From: an uncultured Methanosarcinaceae archaeon
GTDB taxonomy: Archaea; Halobacteriota; Methanosarcinia; Methanosarcinales; Methanosarcinaceae
Direction of reading: 5' to 3'
Length of the DNA: 64,000 nucleotides
NCBI GenBank assembly: GCA_963847185.1
Contig: CAWJYV010000010.1
Span: forward strand, 416,001-480,000
The first letter of the stretch is position 1, and every line of letters starts with the position of its first letter. Of the stretch, positions 43,609 through 54,930 are shown piece by piece. The notes beneath the pieces were generated by a model. The model worked only from the letters and a program-made list of their open reading frames with translations. It did no database searches and was not told the DNA's origin. A program made the translations under genes and the position numbers.

Positions 43609-44244
43609 ATGCGCGATATCGTTATCATAGGGCATAAAGCAAAGACAAACGGCGATTTCCCTTTAAACGACCTTCCTGGTTCCGCAGGAAGAATGGATAT
43701 CCTCTGCCGCTGTGTAAGCTCTGCCCTTTTTCTTTCTTTCGGAATGCGCAGGGACGTTAACGTTCACCTGCTTCTTCTGGGAGAACCGGATCCCGGGAAA
43801 ATGATCAGATTTGAAGGGCTTCACCTGAGGTACCTTAATCCAGATGAGAGAAGCAGTGGTTCGCTTATCCAGAAAGCCCTTCAGAAAGGCGCAACAGAAC
43901 AGGATGTTCGTTCTACACCAGGAGTCTGGATTCAGAGAGGAGACCTCAAGTCCCTGCTTTCGAAGTTTGAGGGGCGAACTCTATATTATATGAGAGAGGA
44001 TGGGGAAGATATTAGAAAACTTGCCAGTGAAATCCAGGATCCGGTCTTTATTCTGGGAGACCATACAGGCGTTACTGAAGAGGAGGAAGCACAGCTTCTT
44101 GAAGCCGGAGCAAAAATTGTATCAGTAGGCCCTATTTCTCTTCATTCCAACCATTGCATAACTCTTATTCACAACGAACTGGACAGGGCTGAATTCGAAA
44201 GAGGAGAGTTGCCAGGAGAAACTGACTGCATAGTTGAAGAATAA
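43609..44244 (+). CDS. trmY: tRNA (pseudouridine54-N1)-methyltransferase
   Basis: LNDLPG..GRMD..CRC, PDERS, FILGDH.G; next to pus10. Confidence 0.93.
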   Translation: MRDIVIIGHKAKTNGDFPLNDLPGSAGRMDILCRCVSSALFLSFGMRRDVNVHLLLLGEPDPGKMIRFEGLHLRYLNPDERSSGSLIQKALQKGATEQDVRSTPGVWIQRGDLKSLLSKFEGRTLYYMREDGEDIRKLASEIQDPVFILGDHTGVTEEEEAQLLEAGAKIVSVGPISLHSNHCITLIHNELDRAEFERGELPGETDCIVEE

Positions 44245-44465
44245 GCTTCAATTTCTGAATTTACTCCAATACATAAGATTATATCTGATTTCCCTGTATC
44301 AGGATAGAAATTTACCCTGCGGCATTTCCCGGACATTTATCTTTCAAAATTGGTGTGCGGATTATCCCCAGGAGCATTTGCCCGTATTCCTGATTTGTCT
44401 TTCATCTCCTGACTATTCACTCCCAGGTCTATTTCCCGAACAAAGAGTTAAAGAAAGTGAAACAA

Positions 44466-45761
44466 ATGGACATACTTGAAATTTTAAAAAAGATCCTGCA
44501 TGAAGGCCCTATATGCGATAACTGTCTGGGCCGTCAGTTTGCAAAATTATCCACTGGCCTGAGCAACAGAGAACGCGGGCAGGCATTAAAACTCGCCCTC
44601 GTCCTGGAAGGGGACCGAATCTACAAAAGTGAAAATAATGACTCTCTTCTCAAGGAACTTGCACCTTGCAGCTCATTTGCAAGAAAAACTCTTGGAATAG
44701 AGGGAGAAGATGAACAGTGCTGGGTTTGCCTTGACCAGTTCAAAAAACTGAACAAATGGGCAGATGAAGCGGCAAAGGCTCTTGAAGGCCTTGAGTATTC
44801 CACATTCCTTGTAGGCACGAAGGTTAGCGGGCTACTGAGTGAAAATGAAGAGATTCTCTGGGCTGAAACAGGCACTGCATATGCCGAACAGCTTAAGACC
44901 GAACTTAACAGAGAAGTGGGAAAAAGGATTGCAGAAAAGGTTCAAAAAGATGTAGATTTCGAAAATCCTGACATTACAATCACTCTTGACCTTGCAAAAA
45001 GCAAGCTGGAGACCCAGATTAGATCCGTATATATTATGGGGCGCTACCTTAAAATGGTAAGGGGGATTCCACAGACCCGCTGGCCTTGCAGGAAATGCAA
45101 GGGTAAAGGCTGTGAAAGCTGCAATTTTACAGGCAAACAGTATCAGGAATCAGTAGATGAGCTGATCAAAAGCCCTGTAATTGAAGCTTTCCAGGCAATT
45201 GATACGGCTTTTCATGGTTCGGGCAGGGAAGATATAGACGCCCTGATGCTTGGAAGCGGCAGGCCTTTTGTAGTAGAGGCAAAATTCCCTAAAAAGCGCA
45301 GGACAGATCTTCAAGAGCTCATGAAAAGCATCAACGAGAAAGCTGCCGGAAAAGTTGAAGTAAGAGAGCTGTCTTTTGTCGGAAAGGCTATGATTGAGAC
45401 CCTGAAGAGCTCAAAGGCGGATAAAACTTATAAGCTTAAAGTTACATTTAAAGAGCCTGTTTCAGAGGAAAAGCTTAAATCCTGCCTTGAGACTTTGAGT
45501 GGCACAGAAATCTCCCAGCAGACTCCAAGGCGCGTAGTTCACAGGCGGGCTGACCTTATCCGAAAGAGATATGTACACAGCATCAGGCTTGAGGAACTGA
45601 CAGGCGACGGGACTGCTTACATAACAGTGAACTGCGAAGGCGGGCTGTATGTAAAGGAGCTTATTTCCGGAGATGAGGGCAGGACAAATCCAAGCCTTAC
45701 CGGGCTTTTAGGTGTCCCTGCACTTGTGGAAGATCTTGATGTGGTTAACGTCGATATCTGA
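44466..45761 (+). CDS. pus10: tRNA pseudouridine 54/55 synthase Pus10
   Basis: GRY.K..R.IPQTRW, FHGSGREDID, GGLYVKEL. Confidence 0.96.
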   Translation: MDILEILKKILHEGPICDNCLGRQFAKLSTGLSNRERGQALKLALVLEGDRIYKSENNDSLLKELAPCSSFARKTLGIEGEDEQCWVCLDQFKKLNKWADEAAKALEGLEYSTFLVGTKVSGLLSENEEILWAETGTAYAEQLKTELNREVGKRIAEKVQKDVDFENPDITITLDLAKSKLETQIRSVYIMGRYLKMVRGIPQTRWPCRKCKGKGCESCNFTGKQYQESVDELIKSPVIEAFQAIDTAFHGSGREDIDALMLGSGRPFVVEAKFPKKRRTDLQELMKSINEKAAGKVEVRELSFVGKAMIETLKSSKADKTYKLKVTFKEPVSEEKLKSCLETLSGTEISQQTPRRVVHRRADLIRKRYVHSIRLEELTGDGTAYITVNCEGGLYVKELISGDEGRTNPSLTGLLGVPALVEDLDVVNVDI

Positions 45762-45873
45762 ACCAGATATGAATCAGTAATAAGTGAAGTCGGGAAAACC
45801 TGGCTAAACCCTTATTAAAATGATTATCCATCTTACCTATAAAATCTGTATTAACATAGAATTAAAGAAATAA

Positions 45874-46194
<321 letters not shown>

Positions 46195-46663
46195 TCAGTT
46201 TAGCAGTTAGGTTTGAAAACCTAACCCCTTTTATCTTGAGTTTACGGTATGCAGGCCTTTTGCCGCAGGCTCTGATTCCTGCCGAAGATTTCGGTAAATA
46301 AGAGATAATGGCCTGCAACTAAATGTAAAAATTTAATATCCCTTGTAAAACCTGCTAAAAAAGCAAGCTCAGAGGGGATTAGAAAAGAACTGCTTTTTGA
46401 TGAATGAATATCTCATCCCGATATAAGAATATATGTAATTATATATCGTTTGTATAACATATACCTGACTCATATCAGGATAGTATTAGAAATAGCCCGG
46501 CTGGTCAAATATAGGCCGGATTATTCGAATACTGACTTAAGGATGTTGACAGACGAAAATACTGGCAGCCAGGAATATAAAATCATTAAAGGTTGATCAG
46601 AGTATGTCATCCTGCAGGAAATAGTAATTACTATAGTTTTTAACTCATAAAGAGTGTTTTCCA

Positions 46664-47017
46664 ATGATAGTTAAGGAAGTCCTCAACGAAGAATTATTGA
46701 CATTGGCCGAAGTCAAAGAAATGCTTTTCAAGATTGCAGATGAGCGCAGAGAGCAGGGAATAGAAGTAGGATACGGATTTAGAAAAGCCCTGCATCATGC
46801 AGATCAGTTCTCAAGAATTAGCGGGGAAAAGTCAAGGGAACTGGTTAACAAGCTGCTAGAACTTGAGAAAATGAAGCCTGTAATTGCAGTCAGGATTGCA
46901 GATATTCTGCCGCAGTCCAGAGATGAGATCAGATCAATTTATGCAAAAGAAAAATATACTCTGAGTAATGAAGAACTTGACCAGATTCTTGATTATGTTA
47001 ATGAGGCCATGGAATAA
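46664..47017 (+). CDS. rpoF: RNA polymerase subunit F (Rpo4)
   Basis: TLAEVK, A.RIAD.LP...DE.R.I.AKE; synteny. Confidence 0.92.
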   Translation: MIVKEVLNEELLTLAEVKEMLFKIADERREQGIEVGYGFRKALHHADQFSRISGEKSRELVNKLLELEKMKPVIAVRIADILPQSRDEIRSIYAKEKYTLSNEELDQILDYVNEAME

Positions 47018-47364
47018 GTCCAGGCCAAAAGAGAATAAGCTATATAGCAGTTTTCATCTTGTTATTTATAAGGGAAGTATCCGACACTTAGAGTACTTTA
47101 AAATATCAGGGAGTACTTAACCTGAGGAATTATGAATACAGAGGATTCTTTGGGTTATGGAAAGCCTCGAGTCCGGGGATCCAGGTACAGGGTAGTCTCA
47201 AGTTTTTAAAGTCCAAAAGCTTGAAGGCAATTCGACGTGTCCGGTTATTGGGAAGAATCCTTACAGGATAGAAGTGTTGAGATAAGCTGAAAGGATCCAG
47301 GTTGGCATAGCCTGACCACAGATAATCATAATGGGGTTTCATATTATTGATAGGATGGGTGCTG

Positions 47365-48096
47365 ATGAAAGTAGATAAGTCGCAATCAGATAGACCGTAC
47401 ACTGGCAGATCAGCTGCTGAAAAACCTTCTCATAGCGGCAGGCGTCCGACAGGCAGACCGCAATCAGAAAGACAAACAGAAAGAGGAGCTCCGCGCTCAT
47501 CCGGAAAATCTATGGAAAGCTCACAGGACAGAGAAGAATACGTATGGGTTCTGGATTATCTCCCCTATGGGAAATCAGTTGACGGTACAGCATTCCAGAA
47601 AAAACCTCTTGTTCAGGCTGTAGGGGACAAAAAGTTCTCACTTATGGAACTCGTACCTAAAAATGGAGTGATTCCTTCCATCCAGTCAAGAGTCTATATC
47701 GGGCCCGGTGATAGAGAAGAAATAGACCATGTAAAGCAGAGGATAGGCTATGCTGACCTTACAACAGGGGCCAATCTTGAACTCCCTTTCATCCTTGAAG
47801 CCTGTGTCAGGTACCAGGAAGAGCGCTTCGTAAAGTTCTTTAATGACGCTCATTCGATAACCACTCGCCTGCATATGCTTGAACTTTTACCCGGGATTGG
47901 AAAAAAGTTGATGTGGTCTATTATTGATGAGCGCAAAAAAGGAGATTATAAGAGTTTCCAGGATATCCGGGAGAGAATTCCAAGCCTTCACGACCCGGCT
48001 AAGGTAATTGCCCACAGAATCGAAGACGAACTAAAGGATGACTTTATCAAGTACAGATTATTTACCATTCCACCCCGCCGCCAGAAACCTGAGTGA
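47365..48096 (+). CDS. DUF655 putative nucleic-acid-binding protein
   Basis: VLDYLPYG, LH.LELLPGIGKK (HhH); synteny. Confidence 0.9.
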   Translation: MKVDKSQSDRPYTGRSAAEKPSHSGRRPTGRPQSERQTERGAPRSSGKSMESSQDREEYVWVLDYLPYGKSVDGTAFQKKPLVQAVGDKKFSLMELVPKNGVIPSIQSRVYIGPGDREEIDHVKQRIGYADLTTGANLELPFILEACVRYQEERFVKFFNDAHSITTRLHMLELLPGIGKKLMWSIIDERKKGDYKSFQDIRERIPSLHDPAKVIAHRIEDELKDDFIKYRLFTIPPRRQKPE

Positions 48097-48301
48097 GCAG
48101 GGTAATTACCATTCATATTTTTTGTAAAGCTCTGACTGTCTTTTCAATAACATACTCACTGTTTAATTTTTATCAGTTCAGCTTTCAGGTTCAGTTCTGG
48201 ATTTAGATTCGATTTTGGATTATTTACTTATTCACTTCCATTCATAATGCTTTAGTTTGCGTTTCAGCTTATAGTATTGCTTTATTCAGGAGGTTTCAGC
48301 T

Positions 48302-49129
48302 CTGGTTCGTTCTCTTCTAAAAAAATATAATATAAAAGGAGGCACTTTTGACCAGCATTTTCTGGTCGATGCAGGTTATCTGGATAGAATTGTAGCTGCC
48401 GCCGGACTTGAATCCGGGGATGTTGTCCTGGAGATAGGGGCAGGCGTTGGAAATCTTACTGAAAGACTTGCAAAAAAGGCAAAAAAAGTAGTCGCAGTCG
48501 AACTGGATCCTGCCCTTGTTAACGTCCTTCATGACCGCTTTGATAATGCAGGGAATATCGAGATTATTTCAGGAGATGCCTTAAAAATTGATTTTCCTGA
48601 GTTTACTAAAGTTGTCTCAAACCTCCCTTACTCCATTTCCTCAGAGATTACTTTTAAGCTCCTTCATCATAAATTCAAACTTGGTATCCTTATGTACCAG
48701 TATGAGTTTGCACTTCGTATGGTCTCTCTTCCGAATTGCAAGGATTACTCCCGTCTGACTGTCGATACTTACTATTTTGCGGAAGCTTCCATCATAATGA
48801 AAGTTCCAAAAGGAGCTTTCCAGCCAGCACCTGAAGTTGATTCTGCAGTAGTCAAACTTGTTCCCCGTCCCGCACCATTTGAAGTCCGAGATGAAGCTTT
48901 CTTCATGAATTTTGTGACTGCAGTTTTCAGCCAGCGCCGAAAAAAGCTTAGAAACGCCATCCTGAACACTAATTCCATTCTTAAAATTCCAGATATTAAA
49001 GAAGTAATCGAGCATCTCCCACAGGATTTGATGAGTAAAAGAGCTGAAAACCTGACTCCTGAACAGCTTGCCGAAGTTGCAAACGTTATAATGGACCTGA
49101 AATCAAAACAAACAAACCCAGAGCTTTAA
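48302..49129 (+). CDS. rsmA: 16S rRNA dimethyladenosine transferase, apparent CTG start
   Basis: Frame is open from CTG48302 after GGAGGT: VRSLLKKYNIKGGTFDQHFL, VLEIGAG.G.LT, VVSNLPY; the track shows only the 3' half. Confidence 0.93.
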   Translation: MVRSLLKKYNIKGGTFDQHFLVDAGYLDRIVAAAGLESGDVVLEIGAGVGNLTERLAKKAKKVVAVELDPALVNVLHDRFDNAGNIEIISGDALKIDFPEFTKVVSNLPYSISSEITFKLLHHKFKLGILMYQYEFALRMVSLPNCKDYSRLTVDTYYFAEASIIMKVPKGAFQPAPEVDSAVVKLVPRPAPFEVRDEAFFMNFVTAVFSQRRKKLRNAILNTNSILKIPDIKEVIEHLPQDLMSKRAENLTPEQLAEVANVIMDLKSKQTNPEL

Positions 49130-49176
49130 AGGAATCTGATACTTTAAAAAACCTACAATTCCAAACCCGATAAATC

Positions 49177-49785
49177 ATGGTCGAAATAAAATACGGAAAA
49201 GTCCGGGTTAAGCTCGGAGATACAAACTGCGTCTACGAGCCCGCAGAAGACTCTTTTTTACTTGCCGATGCAGTTCTTAAGGAAGCAAAGCCAGGCATGA
49301 GCATCCTTGAAGTTGGAACAGGGTCGGGTTTTGTATCTGCTGTACTTCTTGCAAACCTGAAGGATATTAGCCTTCTTGCCACAGAAATTAATCCCCATGC
49401 TGCCTTATGCGCGAAAAAAAATGGTGTTGAGGTTATCCGGACAGATCTTTTCAGAGGAATCAGGCCTAAAGACCCAAAAGCCCTATTTGATCTTATCCTC
49501 TTTAATCCGCCCTATCTTCCCACTTCTAAGGAAGAAAAAGTTCCGGGCTGGTTGAATTATGCTTTTGACGGCGGGATCAGCGGGAGAGAAACTCTGGATA
49601 GATTTCTGGATGAAGTAAGGGACTATCTCAGGCCAGGAGGAAAGATTCTTATGCTTATCTCTTCGATTACCGGGCTTGAGGCTGTAAGGGAGAAAATGGA
49701 AGATATGGGCTTTGAAGTTGGAATTATAGAGAGAAAAAAGATTTCATTTGAAGAGTTAATGGTGGTCAGAGGAAAACTTACTTAA
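49177..49785 (+). CDS. HemK2/MTQ2-family protein methyltransferase
   Basis: VYEPAEDSFLL, LEVGTGSG, FNPPY. Confidence 0.92.
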   Translation: MVEIKYGKVRVKLGDTNCVYEPAEDSFLLADAVLKEAKPGMSILEVGTGSGFVSAVLLANLKDISLLATEINPHAALCAKKNGVEVIRTDLFRGIRPKDPKALFDLILFNPPYLPTSKEEKVPGWLNYAFDGGISGRETLDRFLDEVRDYLRPGGKILMLISSITGLEAVREKMEDMGFEVGIIERKKISFEELMVVRGKLT

Positions 49786-49981
49786 AATTTCGGAAAATAT
49801 TTCTTGGAAAACAGTTCTGGGAAAACAGTTCTGGGAAAATATTTCTTTTAGATCTTTTATAGCTAAAAACTTTGAAATTTTTCTAGATCTTAACCTTTTA
49901 GAATTTCTTCATACAAAATTCTATATCTGATTAATGAATTAATTACCCTCTTGAATATTATATTTAAGACTGGCAGATCGT

Positions 49982-50006
49982 AAACGCTTTTAATTCAAAA
50001 GCGTTT
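49982..50006 (+). promoter_or_regulatory. 10-bp perfect inverted repeat in the ATPase 5' region (operator or UTR hairpin)
   Basis: AAACGCTTTT-N5-AAAAGCGTTT between a TATA-like box and the RBS. Confidence 0.45.
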
Positions 50007-50033
50007 GCCTGATTAACTGGAGATAAAAACTGG

Positions 50034-52691
50034 ATGTATTATGATGAAGCCGCCGATGCGGTTCTAGAAACCCTGAACACATCCGAAACAGGGTTGAGTT
50101 CGGGAGAAGCAGAAAACAGACTCATAAAGTATGGGAAAAATGAACTTCAGGAAGAAGAAAAAACATCTATGGTAAAACTTTTTCTTTCTCAGTTCAAGAG
50201 TTTTCTCATTATTATCTTAATGGCTGCAGCACTGGTTTCTGCTTTCCTTGGAGAGCTTATTGATGCTTTTGTAATCCTGTTTACGGTATTTCTTGCAGGG
50301 GTCCTTGGTTTTGTCCAGGAGTACAGAGCAGAAGAATCAATCAAACTTTTAAAATCATTGACCAGCCCCGAAGCCCTTGTAGTAAGGGACGGAAAGGAAG
50401 GAAAAGTCCCGTCTTCTGTACTTGTCCCTGGCGATATTCTAATTTTGCAGGCAGGAGATAAGATACCTGCAGATGCCAGGTTGATTGAGGCTCAATCTCT
50501 GAAGATTGATGAAGCTTCTCTCACAGGAGAATCCGTACCCGTTGAGAAAAACATTAAAATCTTTCTCCCTGAGACTCCACAGCCTGACCGAAAAAATATG
50601 GCCTATACTGGAACTTCAGTTACCTATGGTAGAGGAAAGGCAGTTGTTACTGCAACAGGCATGAATACTGCTTTTGGAAAGCTGGCCGGGCTTTTAGGAG
50701 AAATTGAAAGAGAGAGAACTCCTCTTCAGGAAAAACTTGACCAGTTCGGGCGCTGGCTTGGAGCTGCAACGCTTGTGGTTGTAGCCTTTGTAGCGGTGCT
50801 TGGGATCTTACAGGGTTTCGATCCTTTTGAGATGTTTCTATGGGGTGTTGCCCTTGCTGTTGCGGCAATTCCGGAAGCTCTTCCTGCAGTTGTGACTGTA
50901 GGGCTTGCTCTCGGGGTTAGAAGAATGGTGAAAAGGCACGCCCTTGTCAGGAAACTGCCTTCTGTAGAGACGCTTGGTTCTACTAACATAATCTGTACGG
51001 ACAAGACCGGAACGCTCACCCAGAACAAGATGACTGTCGAAAAGGTGTATGTAAACGGGACCATCTTAAATGTTACAGGTAGAGGATACGAACCTGTAGG
51101 AGACTTTTTCAGGGATGATAAGCCTGTCTCTGAAGACGCGCATCTACATAAGCTGCTGGTTGCAGGAGCTCTTTGTAATGATGCAGGATTAATCCAGGAA
51201 GAAGGAATATGGGGTATTCTGGGAGATCCTACAGAAGGTGCTCTCGTGGTTGTAGCAGCCAAACAGGGAATCTGGCGAAAGGCTCTTGAGGAGAAACACA
51301 GGCGTGTCGGAGAGGTCCCCTTTTCTTCCGAAAGGAAGATGATGACCACCCTTAACTCATCCGAAGAAGGTCTGAACGCTTATTCTAAAGGGGCTCCGGA
51401 AGTTATTCTTGGTTGCTGTACCAGAATCTTTCTTGATGGACAGGAGAAAGAGTTAACTCCTGAAATAAGGCAGGAAATTCTGGATACTGTACACGAGATG
51501 GCAAACCAAACTCTTAGAGTGATGGGTCTTGCCTACCGACAGGTTCCGGACAATATTATTCCTGAAGATGCTGAAAGGGATATGGTCTTTGCAGGCCTTA
51601 CGGGTATGCGTGATCCTCCCAGAGAAGAAGTAAAGGTTGCTATTGCTACCTGTACGAGTGCCGGGGTCAGGACCGTAATGATTACAGGAGATCACAAAAC
51701 GACTGCTTTTGCTATTGCAAGAGAAATCGGGATCTACCGTGAAGGAGATCTTGTCCTTACAGGTACTGAACTGGATGCATTAGGAGATAAGGAGTTTGAA
51801 GATATCGTAGAGAAGGTTTCTGTCTATGCAAGGGTATATCCTGAGCACAAGCTAAAGGTCGTTAACGCTCTTAAGAAAAAAGGGTATATTGTCGCAATGA
51901 CCGGAGACGGGGTAAACGATGCTCCTGCATTGAAAGCCGCAGATATGGGCATTGCAATGGGAATTACTGGAACTGAAGTAAGCAAGGAAGCGTCCAGTAT
52001 GATCCTGACAGATGACAATTTTGCATCCATTGTTTCTGCAGTCGAAGAAGGCCGAAATATATTCAAGAATATTAAGAATTTCATTGCTTACGGCCTTACC
52101 TGCCATATAGGAGTTGTGCTGATTGTCCTTGCCGGAGTGCTTGCCTGGCAGATCCTGCCTGTTATTGCAGTCCAGATTCTGTGGATCAACCTTATTACAG
52201 ACGGCCTGCCACCTTTAGCGCTTTCTCTGGAAGCCCCTGACAGGGGGCTTATGAGGCAGAAACCCAGAAAATCAAAAGAAGGGATAGTTTCAAAAAGAAT
52301 GCTTATAGCAAGCCTTGGACTAGGGATTCTGATCGCCGTCCAGTCAATTGGAGTTCTTTACTGGGCCCTTGAGGAAGGCATGCCCCTCCCAAAGATCCAG
52401 ACTCTGATCTTTACCCTGGTGGTTATGTCCTGTATGTTCAATGCCTTTAACTGGCGTTCGGAAAGATATTCGATCTTTTCCCTGGGAATTTTCACCAACA
52501 AGTCCCTTATTTATGCCATCCTGAGCACAGTGCTTTTGCAGCTTGCAGCAATCTATGTTCCTATTCTGCAGACGGCTTTCCGGACTGTACCTCTCTCACT
52601 CTCAGATTGGGGAATGATCATTCCTCTGGCTTCAACGACCCTTATAGTCATGGAGCTTACGAAATATCTGGAATGGAGAATTCACAGGTGA
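50034..52691 (+). CDS. P-type IIA (Ca2+-type) cation-transporting ATPase
   Basis: TGES, PEAL, DKTGTLT, KGAPE, TGDGVNDAPALK, LWINLITDG. Confidence 0.95.
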   Translation: MYYDEAADAVLETLNTSETGLSSGEAENRLIKYGKNELQEEEKTSMVKLFLSQFKSFLIIILMAAALVSAFLGELIDAFVILFTVFLAGVLGFVQEYRAEESIKLLKSLTSPEALVVRDGKEGKVPSSVLVPGDILILQAGDKIPADARLIEAQSLKIDEASLTGESVPVEKNIKIFLPETPQPDRKNMAYTGTSVTYGRGKAVVTATGMNTAFGKLAGLLGEIERERTPLQEKLDQFGRWLGAATLVVVAFVAVLGILQGFDPFEMFLWGVALAVAAIPEALPAVVTVGLALGVRRMVKRHALVRKLPSVETLGSTNIICTDKTGTLTQNKMTVEKVYVNGTILNVTGRGYEPVGDFFRDDKPVSEDAHLHKLLVAGALCNDAGLIQEEGIWGILGDPTEGALVVVAAKQGIWRKALEEKHRRVGEVPFSSERKMMTTLNSSEEGLNAYSKGAPEVILGCCTRIFLDGQEKELTPEIRQEILDTVHEMANQTLRVMGLAYRQVPDNIIPEDAERDMVFAGLTGMRDPPREEVKVAIATCTSAGVRTVMITGDHKTTAFAIAREIGIYREGDLVLTGTELDALGDKEFEDIVEKVSVYARVYPEHKLKVVNALKKKGYIVAMTGDGVNDAPALKAADMGIAMGITGTEVSKEASSMILTDDNFASIVSAVEEGRNIFKNIKNFIAYGLTCHIGVVLIVLAGVLAWQILPVIAVQILWINLITDGLPPLALSLEAPDRGLMRQKPRKSKEGIVSKRMLIASLGLGILIAVQSIGVLYWALEEGMPLPKIQTLIFTLVVMSCMFNAFNWRSERYSIFSLGIFTNKSLIYAILSTVLLQLAAIYVPILQTAFRTVPLSLSDWGMIIPLASTTLIVMELTKYLEWRIHR

Positions 52692-52736
52692 AATTAAGGA
52701 ATAGGATTTAACAGGTGAAATTAAGGAATAGGATTT
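52684..52736. repeat. 27-bp tandem duplication spanning the ATPase stop codon
   Basis: ACAGGTGAAATTAAGGAATAGGATTT(A) x2. Confidence 0.9.
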
Positions 52737-52939
52737 GCTTTAAGCAATCCTTATCCTATTTTTTGGTAATTCCTTTTTAATTTTTCAGCCTAAGTGGCAA
52801 ATAAAATAATTCTTCTTTCTTTATTTCCATATCTCTTAGTTTTCTTCCTTTAATAAGAACAGAAATAAAATATTGTTGCAAGAAAATATTATTTAATAAC
52901 ATTATTCCTCTAATCATATATAGAATAAAAACAATAAGT

Positions 52940-53806
52940 GTGAGCACTATGACCCCGATATACAGGGAGAATCCCAACTACCCGGAATTTATTGTAGGAA
53001 TCGAACCGCCTGCTGATAGGAAGGAAAAAGCACTCTGGTTCATTTTCCGGGGCCGTGAGATCCTTCTTAAGCTTAATAAAAACCCCGGAGCGATTCCGAA
53101 ATTGATTGATTTTGGAGAGACTGGGCTTTTTGGGATAAGAGAACAGTACCTGGGTACACTTAACGGTATACATTGCTATTCCATAGAACTTCCAGAGGAT
53201 GCTGAGGCACCAGAGGAAATGAAGTTTGTGGATCTCAGGCAGGCTTATTCCGAAATAAGTGAGGGGTGCTTTGCACTTGTTAATAAGGCAGTCCAGATAA
53301 TGGAATGGGACAGGACAAACCAGTTCTGCAGCCGCTGCGGGGCAAAGACCCTGCAGAAGCCCGGAGAAAGAGGAAAAGAATGTCCTGACTGCAGGGAGCT
53401 TTTTTATCCAAGAATCTCACCGGCCGTAATCGTACTTATCAGAAAAGGGAATGAAATTTTACTCGCAAGGTCGCCTAATTCCCCACCAGGCATGTATAGC
53501 TTGATTGCAGGTTTCATTGAGCCTGGAGAATCAGCTGAAGCTGCGGTTGTCAGAGAGGTTAAAGAAGAAGTAGGCATTAAGATCAGGGATATCCGCTACT
53601 TCGGGACACAGGCCTGGCCGTTTCCCAATTCGCTTATGATAGGATTTACTGCAGAGTACGATTCAGGAGATATCCAGCCTGACGGGTTTGAAATAGAAGA
53701 TGCAAAATGGTTTTCAGCTGATAAATTACCTTCACTTCCTGGAAAAATAAGTATATCAAGAAAGCTTATTGACCATTTCCTTAAAGAAGAAGGTCTGGAA
53801 GTTTAA
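52940..53806 (+). CDS. nudC: NAD(+)/NADH diphosphatase
   Basis: Zn ribbon FC..CG..C..C, YPRISPA, Nudix box, QAWPFPNS. Confidence 0.93.
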   Translation: MSTMTPIYRENPNYPEFIVGIEPPADRKEKALWFIFRGREILLKLNKNPGAIPKLIDFGETGLFGIREQYLGTLNGIHCYSIELPEDAEAPEEMKFVDLRQAYSEISEGCFALVNKAVQIMEWDRTNQFCSRCGAKTLQKPGERGKECPDCRELFYPRISPAVIVLIRKGNEILLARSPNSPPGMYSLIAGFIEPGESAEAAVVREVKEEVGIKIRDIRYFGTQAWPFPNSLMIGFTAEYDSGDIQPDGFEIEDAKWFSADKLPSLPGKISISRKLIDHFLKEEGLEV

Positions 53807-54415
53807 GTTCCTGATCAGAGTCTGATTTCAGAGCTTGACTCATAGTTCGATTCATCTATTTACAAGGTTTTTAACATAACCATTTCCAAGATTACCATCA
53901 GACAGCCCCATATTATTATTCTTTCCCAAATAATTGGAAAATGATTATTAACCTGCATTCGGCAAATGGACGCAAAAATTCATTTCATTTTTTACTAATA
54001 TCGTTTTTCTCAAGACTTCTAACATTATGTTATTAGATACATTTTCTAAATGTTACCAATATATTCGCAAATTTATATTTAGTGTAAGTTTGTAGAATAA
54101 TAAACAGTGAGATGCGTAGTCTATTGATTTTTAGCTTTTTTACCATAAAAGTGCAATCAAAAATTTATATATGTTGAGGCGTTTGCTGTCGAATGCAGGA
54201 AATAATAGTAAACTTATAATTTCACCACAATTTGCTTTCTGAGACTTGTAAGAAAATATTCCTTATAACAGTTAAGGACTGATACACACGAGCAGGAAAT
54301 GTCTATTACCCGTAATAAACCAGTACGGGAAATACATATAAAAGAAAATACATAATTTAGACACGATCAAAAGGTTTATTAAAATTAAGAACATTATAAA
54401 AAAGAGAGGATTAGT

Positions 54416-54522
54416 CTAAAAAGAAATTAAGAAGTAGATGGTAGAGATCGAGTCCCTATTCTCGTCTCTACCCGCGATCCAACCCAAAGATTAAGAGGAA
54501 ACCCTATTACTCTTAATCTATA
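54416..54522 (-). ncRNA. putative two-hairpin sRNA, copy 1
   Basis: Stems AGAUUAAGAG/CUCUUAAUCU and GGUAGAGA/UCUCUACC; linker UUGGGUUGGAUC; TATA at 54543-54550; U-rich 3' end. Confidence 0.7.
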
Positions 54523-54542
54523 CATTTATAGGAGATATGGAA

Positions 54543-54557
54543 TATATATCATAACCG
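54543..54557 (-). promoter_or_regulatory. BRE/TATA CGGTTATGATATATA for sRNA copy 1 (equivalents at 54953-54967 and 55341-55356)
   Basis: Motif conserved in all three units, 17-26 nt upstream of the first hairpin. Confidence 0.65.
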
Positions 54558-54833
54558 ATCAAAAAAACATATCGTGATTCAAATTTTTAAGCTTGCTCTA
54601 TAATTTATTATCGATTAAACTTTTAATGGCGTTAAAATTTTCATGTGGAATATAAATCATTCTTTATAAAAGGAGCCTATGATAATCTATCCTAAATAAT
54701 TAAGGAATTTAGAAATTTAGGAACACTCATAAGCTTTATTTAAAATTAAAAACATTATAAAAAACAGTAAGGAAAGCATAAAATAAGTTACATAGTGTAC
54801 AAATAAAATACTTATTTATTGCAAGTGACAATC

Positions 54834-54930
54834 AAGAAGTAGATGGTAGGGATCGAGTCCCTATTCTCGTCCCTACCTGCGATCCAACCCAAAGATTAAG
54901 AGGAAACCCTATATTACTCTTAATCTACAT
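54834..54930 (-). ncRNA. putative two-hairpin sRNA, copy 2
   Basis: Near-identical to copy 1, with a compensatory A-U to G-C change and a 2-nt loop insertion. Confidence 0.7.

Noticed and set aside
49970-50030. Fluoride or Mn riboswitch ahead of the P-type ATPase
   Set aside because: Only a simple hairpin; conserved aptamer nucleotides were not found.
54428-54526. 32-aa minus-strand ORF (MYRLRVIGF..) in sRNA copy 1
   Set aside because: Destroyed by immediate stops and a 2-nt insertion in copy 2.
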